Shown here one piece after another: positions 11,574 through 24,709 of a stretch of DNA of 64,000 nucleotides (position 1 is the first letter of the stretch; the number at the start of each line of letters is the position of its first letter). The notes beneath the pieces are model-generated. The model made no database searches and was not told the origin of the DNA. It worked only from the letters and a program-made list of their open reading frames with translations. The position numbers were made by a program, and so were the translations under genes. Origin of the DNA: Phoronis australis (lineage: Eukaryota > Animalia > Phoronida); assembly GCA_002633005.1 (NCBI GenBank), contig NMRA01000011.1:563635-627634 (forward strand), given 5' to 3'.

Positions 11574-14500
11574 TTAACCGGTGTGTTGTTCACACTGCAG
11601 CAACGTAAACAAAAGTCAGCGACAATAGAAAAATGTACACCGAACATTTCCCAATTAAGCACCGATTTTTCTGTACAACAGACCACAAACTATATCCACA
11701 TTTCCTCCATCAGTGCCAGTTTGTTCATCGCTGGTCTTTACAGCCAAGAGGACTCGCAAGCAATTCCTCAAATGGCTACCCGCTGGTTCCCTGCGTGCCG
11801 CTAGGTGGTAGCCAGCACGCAGGTATCATTTAACTTTTTCCGGTGTTTCTGAATGGCTGGTCGTATTCTCAACAGACAGCGCTTTACGCAAACAAACTGG
11901 CATGACTGATGGAGGAATTCTAAATGTGGACGGTCTATTGTGCAGACAAATCAGTGCTTAAAATTCATGTTCAAGAAATGTGAATCCCAGAAAATTGTGG
12001 TTGCTCCTTTTCGGAGTGAATCTTTTGTTTGCGTTGCTCTCCTGTATTCATACAGTATGAATAAAACAGCTAGTAGTTAAATCGGCCAGATATGACGGTG
12101 TGTTTATTGTCTTCAAGAACGCAGCTATAGACCCGATTCACGCCGACAGGAGGCGCGTTCCAAAACGAGGCTCGCTACGTTAGCTCTGTTGGCATATTCA
12201 GGGTTGTATTCCGCGGTGATCGGACGGGCTAGAAAAATACGGACACTCAACTGTCTGTTTTACAATCCCTCGTAGCTCATCGGCAAAACGCGCGGAGATG
12301 AATAGTGCGCGCGCTTCCGTAGCCAAGCATTTTAGATGGATCCACCTCTGAAAGAGCAGCTCTATAGCTGATTTCTTTAGGTAACTAGCTTCTTTACTCT
12401 AAAATATGTTTTGATTTGATTAGGGTAAATACTGTGGTGTCGCAACCCTGATATTCAGGCGAATTGACGGGCAACGTTTTTACCTCATCTGTCATGCCGT
12501 GTCATGATTACACTCCACACGTTTGTAACTCGAATTTGACTGATGTATAGTAAAGTTGTCTTGCGCAATATCATACAGTGTACATGTACATGTAATATTC
12601 CTGAAAAAAAATCTTTTTCCGAAGAAATGCTATTGTGGCGGGCGCCGTGGTCTGGTCGCGAGTTCGTTTGAAGATACAATCTAACAGTGAAGTTATGTCT
12701 ATACAAGGAATGACCAAGGGGGCACTCACATTGACAAAGCGACCGCATTCGAGAACAGTGTACAGTACCAGAAATTGCGGGGAGGCTGTTCTTTCACAAC
12801 AAAGTCTTGCGGGTCTCGTGCAATGTTCAATAGGCTTCCTAAGGAGCCCTAGTTCCGACCTCAACAGCTACCGTCTTTCTACCGCAATAAGCCCACTACC
12901 GTCTTCTATACTGGGAATTTCCGCAGAAAGACCGACCCGACGAAACGCTCATGCCCATGGGCATTTATTTGATGTTAGTACTTCGGGATTCAAGCGTTCA
13001 GACATTGGGACGTTTATTTCGAAAATTGCAAGAGGTGCAAATAGGTCCTGGGATATATCGTCAAGGTTTGAAGTAATCCATGATGAACGGATCACATTTA
13101 GTTGCGCATGTAAGTCTTTTGAATGGACTTGGCAACCTCAAGGGTCTTTGCGCCAACCGAGCTGCGAAACGAGGTGCTGGCATTGTAGAGGCTTACAAGA
13201 TCATTGACACAGCAGTTGACGAAGTGCAAGCGTTGGGAACAAACATCGAAGATACCTGAGTAGAATGGTTCCAAGACGAGCAAACCATTGGATCCGATAT
13301 ACGGATTCCTCGGCAGTCTAGACAACAGAAGGATAGGACTAACGTATGAGTAACCACTGGGGATTAAAAAGTGTCTAGAGAGAAGTTTTCAATTCATTTT
13401 TTTGCATAGTACACTTTAGGTCTCGCGACAAACCAGGCCAGCTTGATTTGTGTAGATATTGAGTTTCAGTGTACTTCTGGTCGCTCGGCGAACTAGTCTT
13501 GTGATTTTTTTACCAAAGTGTGCTTTGTAAAACTATTTATCTCAGCCAGTACTGTTTGGTCCCGAGACAGATTGACTATTTTTATAGGGATAATAAGCAC
13601 AGGTGTACTCTTGGTCTCGTGACGGACCAGGTCAGCCTTTTTGTGTACTCTCAGTGTATATCAGGTCCTTCTGCAAACTGGTCCAGTATATCTTTTCACC
13701 ACTGTGCACAGGATGTTTTGGTTTCGTGAACCTGTTTTCAGATGATTTGTTTCCTGATACATTTGACGTTTTTCAATTGTTGTCAACGTGATTCAGCTTA
13801 ATAACTAACAGTACAGGTCTTCGTTCTTAAACAACTTGAGGCTGCTGTTACGCGATCATCTGATATTAAAATTTTTATGCCCCGTCGGCGCTCTTTATGC
13901 TCTTGAATATTTGGAAGTTGTCTAAACCCCTGTATACACACCACACTTTTTCTTTCACATATGACTTTTCGTATGCTAAAAAAGGTGTGTGTAAGCAGAT
14001 GTTCCAGCAAAAATTTTTGCTGGTGGCATGACTCATATCGAGATGTGCACAATATGGTTTCACGAAACTTACGAGCCAAGTTCATGTGACGAAATCGAGA
14101 AGGGTTTTAAATTATCTTAAGAAAAACTCCGGAGACATGTTAAGTGCCAGAAACTTACCAGGATGCATGGAAATTTCACTATTTGGCTACAAAAACAAAA
14201 TAATGTCTTACACGGGAGGGGGAAACCTCCCCCCGCTCGGCGCCACTCGCCTAGGATTCGACCTTTGCGGGAATCCTAAACCCCCCCTTACTGAAAACGT
14301 AGATCCGCCACTGATTTAAGTCAATATGAAAGTGCCTTATTACGTAATCAATTGTCAAACTCTTGCTTAACCCCATCCGGTATTTCCAGTGACAGACAAG
14401 CTTTTGGAAAGCCAAGACCTAGTATGGACGCGATTTCACTGCTGATTAATCGCGCACAGACGAAGTCCAGACTGGGGTTAGCCTCGGTCTAGCCGAGTTC

Positions 14501-14585
14501 GATGGGAAGAGAATTTCGAACAGCACTGTCTATTTGCAACAGTTTCAATGAAATTTGCCATGGTACGACGTCTGAAAAGGATTTC

Positions 14586-15074
14586 AGCCATATTTGCCAA
14601 TATTCAGCTGCCACATTGGCTTTGCGCTTATCGTATTTCGCAACAGTAACTAAGGTTTGGCCAATCGTGCGATGTCAGGGCTGCGTAAAATGTATCATAT
14701 TAATAGTGCCATCGAATTCTAGCTTTTATAGAGAGGATGTTTTGATACGCCGACTCATTTCTTCTAAAACACTACTGGCTACACCAGATCCCATTATCAA
14801 GCTTCTTGAAGGCAGGNAGCCATATTTGCCAATATTCAGCTGCCACATTGGCTTTGCGCTTATCGTATTTCGCAACAGTAACTAAGGTTTGGCTTATACG
14901 TGCGTTTGTCAGAATAGTCCAATCGTGCAATGTCAGGGCTGCGTAAAATGTATCATATTAATAGTGCCATCGAATTCTAGCTTTTATAGAGAGGATGTTT
15001 TGATACGCCGACTCATTTCTTCTAAAGCACTACTGGCTACACCAGATCCCATTATCAAGCTTCTTGAAGGCAGG
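14586..15074. other. Near-identical duplication across N at 14817 (14586-14816 vs 14818-15074)
   Basis: Second copy carries a ~26-bp insertion; the junction is a single N. Confidence 0.85.
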
Positions 15075-15213
15075 ACAAAGACTGGAGTTTTGTGCGTATG
15101 CATATGTTATTTTCACAGTGCCTTACGTCTTATGCGTCTGTAGACGATAAAGTAGTCACCTCTTTCAAAACAGTATAGATTTCATTCGCGTGTTTTATTG
15201 AAATTCGGGATAC

Positions 15214-16458
15214 ATGAGTATGACGTTTACAATATATCACTGTTTCTCTTTGATATCGCTTCGACATCGGTTTCGACCGTTTCTGTCGGTCGCAATGGCC
15301 CTCTGTGTGATTACGCCTGCTTGCGTCATCATGTTGCCTTTCTACAGCCAGTCTGGATCGTATGAAAGGAATATTTGCGGACACCGAATGTGCAAACCGA
15401 AGACCAATGTCGTGTTTTTGAAAACTCACAAAACCGGAAGTTGTACCATACAGAACATTTTGTTTCGTTATGGCGACACCAAAGATTTAGTGTTTGCTCT
15501 TGGCAAAGGTGATAACAGATTTGGTTGGCCTCGAAAAATCAAACAGTCGTCTGTTCTTTCGGTATTCTTGAATGGAACTCGTGTGGAAAAATTTAATATT
15601 TTGGCCCAGCACATGCGCTTTAATGCAGAGGAAGTGAAATCCTTTATGCCCAATGACAGCGTTTTTGTGACGATTATGCGAGAGCCCTCTAGCTTGTTTT
15701 CTTCTGCATTATCCTATCTGCCTATTTATTACGATAATTGTTTTAATTTGACGACTGACAACAAGGCCGAGGATTTCGTGAGTAATTTAAAAAGTATTCA
15801 AAATACCAGACAGCGCATGTGTAAACATCGAAACCGCGGTGTGCCATCTCATGACGTCACTATGTTTGACATCGGCCTAGATTTAACGGAATTGGACAAC
15901 GAAACTCGAGTTATTGAGAAAGTGAAGGAAGTAGAGTCATTGTTTTCGTTAATAATGATTACAGAATATTTTGACGAGTCTTTAGTTCTACTTAAGGAGC
16001 AATTAAATTGGAAAACTGAGGACATTGTTTACTTCAGGCACAACACACTCAAACATTCAAAAAACCGTTTGTCCGAAGAAATCGAGAAGAAGCTTAGAGA
16101 ATGGAACCGTGCGGACACCATCGCTTATGATTATTTCACAAAAGTTTTACAGAAAAAAATGGAGAAATTCGGGCTTGAAAGACTTCGTAAAGAGGTAGAG
16201 CATTTAAGAACAATGTGTAGAGAATGGGAAGCGTTTTGCGTTGAGAAGATCGTTATAGGAAAAGAGATGTTGCTTGGTGATCCCAACAGACCGTACAACC
16301 TCATGGCTAATGGGTACGTTCTGAGACGCGAAGCAAGAGACAACGAAACGTGCGTTCAACTGACGAGAACGGAAAATCCCTACACGCGCGTGCTGTATAA
16401 AAAAATGATGCAACGTCGTAAACACATCAAATCCCCTTTCTTTAACAATACCCAATGA
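15214..16458 (+). CDS. GAL3ST: Galactose-3-O-sulfotransferase family (GAL3ST/cerebroside sulfotransferase-like), type II Golgi membrane protein, single coding exon
   Basis: 414-aa ORF with N-terminal TM (FLSVAMALCVITPACVIMLPFY), CKPKTNVVFLKTHKTGSCTIQNILFRYG (5'-PAPS-binding motif), NILAQHMRF, VTIMREP (3'-PB motif), ITEYFDESLVLLK and WNRADTIAYDYF. An acceptor-like ttttcacag ending at 15118 suggests a non-coding upstream exon. Confidence 0.95.
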   Translation: MSMTFTIYHCFSLISLRHRFRPFLSVAMALCVITPACVIMLPFYSQSGSYERNICGHRMCKPKTNVVFLKTHKTGSCTIQNILFRYGDTKDLVFALGKGDNRFGWPRKIKQSSVLSVFLNGTRVEKFNILAQHMRFNAEEVKSFMPNDSVFVTIMREPSSLFSSALSYLPIYYDNCFNLTTDNKAEDFVSNLKSIQNTRQRMCKHRNRGVPSHDVTMFDIGLDLTELDNETRVIEKVKEVESLFSLIMITEYFDESLVLLKEQLNWKTEDIVYFRHNTLKHSKNRLSEEIEKKLREWNRADTIAYDYFTKVLQKKMEKFGLERLRKEVEHLRTMCREWEAFCVEKIVIGKEMLLGDPNRPYNLMANGYVLRREARDNETCVQLTRTENPYTRVLYKKMMQRRKHIKSPFFNNTQ

Positions 16459-16564
16459 GTGCCTTGAAGAACTTTCATCTATACTGATACATAGTCTGCG
16501 GAAAATAACTTTCAGAGGATATTATAGAAATAGAGGGATCGAGAAAAATCTCAACGTCTATCAC

Positions 16565-16720
16565 CATGGTCGGCGCACCATAGGGGACTGGGGGGTTGGC
16601 TATAGCTCCCCACTTTTGCCAGTGCTACGCCGCACATGGTCTATAGGCGGTGCGCCACAGGTGGGCTGAGGGGGATTTAGCGCCCACCCCCCAACTTTTT
16701 TCAGTGCTGCGCCGCCCATG
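16565..16720. mobile_element. GC-rich MITE with CATGG(G/T)CGGCG TIR and 5-bp TSD ATCAC
   Basis: atcac|CATGGTCGGCGC...GCGCCGCCCATG|atcac. Reverse-complement homolog of 33781-33920. Confidence 0.8.
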
Positions 16721-19700
16721 ATCACACGCTGGTTACCAGCTTTCTTGATTTATTGTTTCTTGCACCGGTCGTCACATGTTTTTCCACTGGACTATCATAG
16801 CAGCCTTCACTTCAAAGTTGTGGATGATGATATTGATGACGATAATGATGGTGGCGTTGATGAACATGATGATAACGAGTGAAGATTTCATAAATGAGTG
16901 AGAAGTGAGCGATAGTATTGTTCAATAGAAGGTAAACCAAAAAAGGTGCGGCAGAGGTCAGTCAACAAAGAAAAAAGCGTCATCAGAAAATCCCGAATAA
17001 TTCAAAAAAGAACCGTCACAGAGAAATTTGGAAAACATCTTTTGAAAACTCGTCCAAAACGTTATTTACCAGTATAGTCTTACAGAACTCCACGAAATTT
17101 TCGAAATATCTCAAATTTTGAAAATATTTTGAAATTCAAAGTCAACAACGGTAAGTCTGAGAAAAAAATCAGTTAGTGTTGATTTGAAAGAGCATACCTT
17201 AAAAAAATTGGCATGCAAAAATTCGCATCATTTGCTCTTCCTGATTAAAATGTCACCCAGGCACCATTGAGACTGAGGGACGTAAATGCGCCAGAACCGC
17301 CATTTTGAAAACAACTTTCCGTTAAGCAGACTTTATAATAGCTACTCAAATGAAACTAACACATGAACATTCTTGAAGCAGTTGTTTCAACTTCTACAAT
17401 GCGCCCTCTACAGGGCAAAACATTTTCGTCACGAAATCGAGGTGCTGCCCAAACGCAAAATTGCGGACTCTATAAGCATTTGAATCTGAATTCGAAAACA
17501 AAAGGGCAGCCATGTCCGCCATCTTGAATCCGATCATGACCAAAACCAATCGGCTCTCAGGTTTTGTTGAGCTATAGGTTGTGTGCGAATTTCGTGCAAA
17601 TCGGACGAAAATGCTACATGTAGAGTGCGAACAAACAAAGAACAAACTTGGTGACAAAGCAACATAATTGGCAATTTAATTTCGCCAAGTAATAATCAAG
17701 GGTAACACTTGGTATCCATTACGTCGGAATTGGAACTCGTTTTGCGAGTAACCGTCATGGCATCCTCATTTGTGAGATACAGACGTATGAATTCTGTCTC
17801 ATCAGCAAAACGGAGCTGAAAGTCATCGCCGTGTGTACAGATTTCCCTTCAGCCGACTTTAGATGCATCAGGGCTTAACCGAAAAATCCACAGTGTCGGC
17901 GTTTGGAATCAAAAGGTCCAGCGTTTTAGGAATTCTAACCACACCTCGCACAATGCTGACTACAGACCTACCCTCTTGATTTCAGGTGAAATCGACAAAC
18001 AAGGAGCTTTCATAATTCTTGAAGTACTTAAAAATTCATGGGGATGGCGTCATTTTTGATCATGTGACCTCTCCTGTAGGATTCGTGAGGAGTAAACAAA
18101 ATGGGATCTCGACATTTAAAATACACAAGGCTGTTAAAATATACAAAACATCGAACGTAGCTTGTTCGTGAATTTAAATCAAATGTGTGTGAATATTAGG
18201 GGTTTGTTTTGACTACGGAATCGTCAGTTTGTGCTCATACTGGTATTACCCTTATTTATAAGTTACTCTTAAGATCCATTTTTTCGTGTTAGGCTTAGTT
18301 GTAAATTCAGTTAATTTGGTTTAGTTTACAGATTTCGCACTCCGTTCAAATGTTATGCTTGCTTCAGGTTGTCAATTTCATTTCCTTACGTAATGCAGAA
18401 AGTCACATTCGACACATCACTGCATTTGCCAATTTACTTTTACTGTATCTTTGTCTGTGTGTTTAGGGTGATTATTATGGAAAATGTTAGGTAAATATGT
18501 TGGTTATTTTGGCTTATAGTCTAGTAGTAGGGCTCGTACATTGCAAGTCTAGAGCAATGCACGGTAGCAAGAATCAATACATCTATTTGCCGGTGAGTCG
18601 AAAACAGAATAATAAAATCATTTTCTCATGTTACCTTTAGGTTTGGCATATTCACATATTGTCGCAAGGGAGCCCAGGTTTGTTCACGTGGCTACGTTTC
18701 AAGTGGAGAAATAAGACTTTTTGTATAGTAGTTGTAACAAGAGATATAAACAAACGGAAGAAAATATAAACTAAGTAAGTTATTCCCCTTTTGGTTCTAA
18801 TTACAAATGAACTTACTGCATGCGTGTTTGTGTTCAGTAGGAAATTCCAGATATTCTGCTGTATATTTCGTGACCTTTTTGCTCCACGGTGAAAGAAAAC
18901 ACTAGCGACAAATCACAGGACTGGTACATATATGAACACGAGGCCGTAAAGGGAAAACAGTGTAAGAGATGTGGTACCACGCTACTGTTTACGACGAACC
19001 CTTTCAATGGAAAGTTGTTTTGTATTTTAGTCTGAAATACCAGGGCGACGGAAGCAAAGAGCAGAACATTACAACCTTCAGAGCTCTGAGTTCACTTTTG
19101 GTATTTAGTGCCTTCAGGGTACCATATTCTTTTTAGGATACTAATAACTCTTTATAGCATAGCCTTGATTGTACTAATAACTGCGTGTCACATTTCTATT
19201 CATAAAGTATTATTAAGTCAAATTGTCGTTTTGATTTCACATTACAGTAACTTTTGGATAGCGGTATACAGATTAAACAATATCACATGTATCTTTTACT
19301 TAAATTATTAACGTGCATGGTATTTTGCAGCAAACTTTGAAAAACGGGTTGGAAGTTATACTGACAATGGTGGTTTGAATAATTTTGTAATTGATTCTAG
19401 ACTTGACTTGAATATTTACTGTTCTACGTGTAGTAAATAAAGCTGTATCGTGTTCATTCGCCCTTCTTAGCTCAGTTGTTCAGTTCCGTATTTCGCGACC
19501 AAGGTAGAGTTCAATAACCCTGGGACCCCGCTAGAAAAACAAAACTTCGGGAGATTACCCGAAATATGCATTTTCAATGAGAACACGTGATTTTAACTAG
19601 ATTTTTCAAGCTGCGAAAGAGCTATTCAACTACACCCATTTTATAGCGAGTTCGAAGCCTATGGTTGAGTTTGTGGAGTCATTTTCAAGTTATTATTTTT

Positions 19701-19809
19701 CTAAAAAATACTTAGGCAGTTAAGATTTTATAACAACAATAATTGCTTTTATCCCATATGTGTGAAAATACGGGAATTGTTTACGTCATATGTGAAAATA
19801 CGGGTATTG

Positions 19810-21106
19810 TATACGTCACAACGTACACACGGGAAAGTAGAACCAATCCGCGACGGCTTGTATCATTCCTACTGAATGCCACGAGGATCTTCGAAATGGT
19901 CGTCTCCAAATGTGTCTCGAATTGCGCTCGTTAGATGGCCCTCACGCAGTTATCCGTACAGATTCGGCTTCAGGTTTCCTTGGACATCATCGCATTTCAA
20001 TTGAGATCGGACGCAACAAGAATCCCAATCATAACCCTGTTACAGAGAAGTCAATAATAGTTACTGCGTGATCAGCATGGTACCGACAATGTGAGTTCCT
20101 TACAGCTGGCCGTTGCTCGATTGAACAGCCGCCTTCGCTCCACCGGATTATCCGCTAGAGAGCATGGTTTCAGCGCAACCACTTCACCATGCAATTGCCA
20201 AATACCAGTTCATGACAACTTGTTGATCTCTTCCAAACGACAACGGCGCTCCATCAACCATGGCCCCAGTGCGCGATCCAAAGCTCCTGTGGACAACCAG
20301 GAAGTAGAATGCGACGCATCCATCGGCGACCTCGTTCACTTCTACTCCAATACGGACAAGTCCAGAGCCCGTCTACGATACCTCGTAGTTACTTCCGATG
20401 GCGTGTGGTTCAGTGTTCGGAGATTTTCTGGAGATCAGTTACATAATGCTTGTTACCGTGTTAGAAACGCAGCAAGTAGACGTGTTACCGTGTTCCGGCC
20501 GTCAGAGGTTGCTGACGTACATGATTCCAGCTGCATCATCTGTCGCTGCCCCTTGTGACCACGATGACGACGACGAGATCCCATCATCTTCTGCTGTTCC
20601 CGTATCCGTTTCATCGTTGCCTTTGCCCTGTGGTCCAGCTCCACTGGTACCAACTTAACTTGAATTCACGTAGCCTACTTGTCGTCCCACATGTGCCACC
20701 CACCATCGCTGGTTCCTCCCCTGATGCATCCCCCCAGAATGATTGTGCGACAACGCCTGCTGCTGAGGCCCCAGCTTTCCTGATCATCCAGAGGCCCAGA
20801 GGAGATCGCGACGGCATCGCCACAAACCTCATTGACAAACGGACGATTGGATTTACTTATTTTACTTTGTGTTAACTTCCTTCGACGTCATACTAACTGG
20901 GGATCTTATTACCTATGTGTTTACTATTTATTTTTCAACTTTACCCGTTCTTGGTGTAAGTTTGCCTCATGTTCTGTGACAGGAGAAGTAATCACGCCAT
21001 TGTAGCCTATTGTTGTTCGCATGGCTGTGTTTGGTTTGAACCTTTCCGGTCCCGTCTCGTCCTTGTGTTGTCGTCTGCGGATTAAACGCGTCAAACTTGC
21101 TACTCA
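19810..21106 (+). mobile_element. Decayed Gypsy-like LTR retrotransposon 3' part (integrase C-terminus, PPT, probable 3' LTR)
   Basis: Frameshifted [58 protein letters not shown] and IGDLVHFYSNTDKSRARLRYLV, recognised as integrase of invertebrate Gypsy-like pol. Purine tract AGGAGAAG at ~20981 is followed by a short LTR-like segment ending CTACTCA. Confidence 0.7.
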
Positions 21107-22585
21107 TTGTTGAGTTAATCTGGCGTAAGAATAAATAAACAATAGCAATTAAAAAAGCAAAACAATAAACGAAGTATAGTTACAAACGTCCCGTCCCTGT
21201 AGTAACATGATTTTGATCGTCTAATCATTGGGCGGCATAATTCGCCGAAAAGCTTCCGGCGTCACGTAGTGCCTATGAGATGGCCACCGTCTCTACTGCG
21301 GCCTTGAGACGGTGGTACTGTCTAGTCTAATAGGCGCCACGGGTTCTCGTCACTGGTCGCGACCACGCACTTCGATATCCCATGTGATTAATGGTACCTC
21401 GTACAGTGAAGTTGAGGCTCTTGCTCCAGTGGGTCATCGAGGTGAAGTAGTACCAGTAAGTAAATCTGGCGTGCGTTCAGAAACGCTAGGACCTGGCTAA
21501 AATCTAGACAAAGTTACGTGTTCTCGTTTAAAATACTCGGCAATATCTCACGTAATCTCTCGAAGTCCTGCTTTATAGCGAGGTCCTAGATAGAGTTACA
21601 GAACGGGAGATTGACGGATCTGACAGAGCCAAAAATACGGCGGACAAATAGCTGCAGGTAGCGCCATCTATATGTCATAATTCTCTAGCCTAAGTGCGCA
21701 GAACTAAAGTAAGCAATGCCCCTTTGACTGCAATAGGACCTCTCAAGTCGATTTTTTTAGTTCAATTCCACGTACCTGTTCCACTTTGAATAACCGTTAT
21801 CAGTTACGAAAATACATACAAAGTTGTACTGTAAACCAAAACAAAGTCACTGTGAAGGCCTACCTCAGTTAAGAGAATGTAAAAGCATACCTTAGTGGTC
21901 ATCTGATTTAAATACACCGCACGACTTCCCCATTGATTGATCAGAGATGAACACAAGGCTGGATTTTGAGACTATTCCCCATGTCGTGCGGTTGAAATCA
22001 ATATTTCGACCATAGTTACGCCGTTAATATGTCATAAAACAAAACAACAAATATTACATTTTATGGACAAGGGACTGTCCTTTCTAATAGCTTACATTAT
22101 ATTCTTCTCAAGTAAGCAGTAAGTCTTCCATAAGTTTCGCAAATCAACTTAAAACCGTAACTTGACCTCTTGAACCTTTCTGGCTATGTCTTCCTGTGGG
22201 GACACAAACACGTGCCGTATTTTCAGTATAATTTATGGAAGCTACGTAAACGAAATTGTTAGACTTAATTGAGTCAGTTTTGATATCTCTATCGTAACTT
22301 GGACATGTCCGCACTCACCGTAAATTTGTTAAGTGAGATGGACTTTGACCATTAGTGTGGGTAGCCACGCGAGAAAATGTTAATGTCGATCCAATTAAAC
22401 TTCTATTATCCTCATTGAGGCTAAATTTTGTCATCAAAATCATCAAAGCTTGTCAGTGATTACAAAATTGAAAAATCCATCATGCGAATAAGACACGAAC
22501 AGTACAAATTGAGAAGTTAACACGCATTTTGTGAGTAAATAGCAGAAGATATCCACGAAACGCTGTTGCTGTTTGGTCATTCGCC

Positions 22586-22664
22586 ATGGTTCGGACAGTC
22601 TTGTTAGTAATCTTGGTGGCTTTGGCGAAGGCGCACATTATACTTGCTGGTACCAACGGTAAAG
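22586..22664 (+). CDS. Second (probably allelic) copy of EGFR/ErbB-like exon 1
   Basis: MVRTVLLVILVALAKAHIILAGTNGK G|gtacgt. Differs from 24631-24709 by one nt (Thr vs Ser at residue 4) and lies in the duplicated block 20913-22734 next to an N-gap. Confidence 0.6.
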
Positions 22665-24630
22665 GTACGTGATGAGAATGAGTCGTTTACTTTCAATAGA
22701 TTGCCATTGATACATGTAAGTCAAATGTATGCGANNNNNNNNNNNNNNNNNNNNNNNNNNNNNNNNNNNNNNNNNNNNNNNNNNNNNNNNNNNNNNNNNN
22801 NNNNNNNNNNNNNNNNNNNNNNNNNNNNNNNNNNNNNNNNNNNNNNNNNNNNNNNNNNNNNNNNNNNNNNNNNNNNNNNNNNNNNNNNNNNNNNNNNNNN
22901 NNNNNNNNNNNNNNNNNNNNNNNNNNNNNNNNNNNNNNNNNNNNNNNNNNNNNNNNNNNNGCTATGTGTTTACTATTTATTTTTCAACTTTACCCGTTCT
23001 TGGTGTAAGTTTCCCTCATCTTCTGTGACAGGAGAAGTAATACGCCATTGTAGCCTATTGTTGTTCGCATGGCTGTGTTTGGTTTGAACCTTTCCGGTCC
23101 CGTCTCGTCCTTGTGTTATCGTCTGCGGATTAAACGCATGACTTGCTACTCATTGTTGAGTTAATCTGGCGTAAGAATAAATAAACAATAGCAATTCAAA
23201 AAAGCAAAACAATAAACGAAGTACAGTTACAAACGTCCCGTCCCTGTAGTAACATGATTTTGATCGTCTAATCACTGGGCGGCATAATTCGCCGAAAAGC
23301 TTCCGGCGTACGGAGTGCCTATGAGATGGCCACCGTCTCTACTGCGGCCTTGAGACGGTGGTACTGTCTAGTCTAATAGGCGCCACGGGTTCTCGTCACT
23401 GGTCGCGACCACGCACTTCTATATCCCATGTGATTCATGGTAGCTCGTACAGAGAAGTTGAGGCTCTTGCTCCAGAGTGTGTCATCGAGGTGCAGTAGTA
23501 CCAGTAAATAAATCTGGCGTGCTTTTAGAAACGCTAGGACATAGCTAAAATCTGGACAAAGACACGTGTTCTCATTTAAAATACACGGCAATATCTCACG
23601 TAATCTCTCGAAGTCCTGCTTTTTAGCAAGGTCCTAGAGTTACTAAATGAGAGGATAACGGATCTGACAGAGACAAAAATATGGCGGACAAAAAGCTGCA
23701 GGTAGCGCCATCTATATGTCATAATTCTCTTGCCTGAGTGCGCAGAACTAAAGTAAGCAATGTCCCTTTGACTGCACTCACGCTACGCGAGGACCTCTCA
23801 AGTCGATTTTTTTAGTTCAATTCCACCCTGTTCCACTTTGGATAACCGTTATCAGTTACGAAAATAGATACAAAGTGGTACTGTAAACCAAAACAAAGTC
23901 ACTGTGAAGGCCTACCTCAGTTAAGAGAATGTAAAAGCATACCTTAGTGGTCATCTGATTTAAATACACCGCATGACTTCCCCATTGACTGATCAGAGAT
24001 GAACACATAGGCTGGATTTTGAGACTATTCCCCATGTCGTGCGGTTGAAATCGATATTTTCATCATAGTTACGCCGTTAATGTGTCATAAAACAAAACAA
24101 AAATTATTACATTTTATGGACAAGGGACTGTCCTTTCTACTGGCTTACATTATATTCTTCTCAGTAACTCTTCCATAAGTTTCGCAAATCAACTTAAAAC
24201 CGTAACTTGACCTCTTGAACCTTTCTGGCTATGTCTTCCTGTGGGGACACAAACACGTGCTGTATTTTCAGTATAATTTATGGAAGCTACGTAAACGAAA
24301 TTGTTAGACTTAATTGAGTCAGTTTTGATATCTCTATCGTAACTTGGACATGTCCGCACTCACCGTAAATTTGTTAAGTGAGATGGACTTTGACCATTAG
24401 TGTGGGTAGCCACGCGAGAAAATGTTAATGTCGATCCAATTAAACTTCTATTATCGTCATTGCGGCTAAATTTTGTCATCAAAATCATCAAAGCTTGTCA
24501 GTGATTACAAAATTGAAAAATCCATCATGCGAATAAGACACGAACAGTACAAATTGAGAAGTTAACACGCATTTTGTGAGTAAATAGCAGAAGATATCCA
24601 CGAAACGCTGTTGCTGTTTGGTCATTCGCC

Positions 24631-24709
24631 ATGGTTCGGTCAGTCTTGTTAGTAATCTTGGTGGCTTTGGCGAAGGCGCACATTATACTTGCTGGTACCA
24701 ACGGTAAAG
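24631..24709 (+). CDS. EGFR/ErbB-like L-domain gene, exon 1 (signal peptide)
   Basis: gccATGG Kozak context; MVRSVLLVILVALAKAHIILAGTNGK G|gtacgt is a signal-peptide-like stretch. The phase 1 donor matches the phase 1 acceptor at 35511. Confidence 0.75.

Noticed and set aside
12905-12970. GNFRRKTDPTKRSCPWAF as a kringle-like motif
   Set aside because: Lacks the conserved cysteines and is followed by stop codons.
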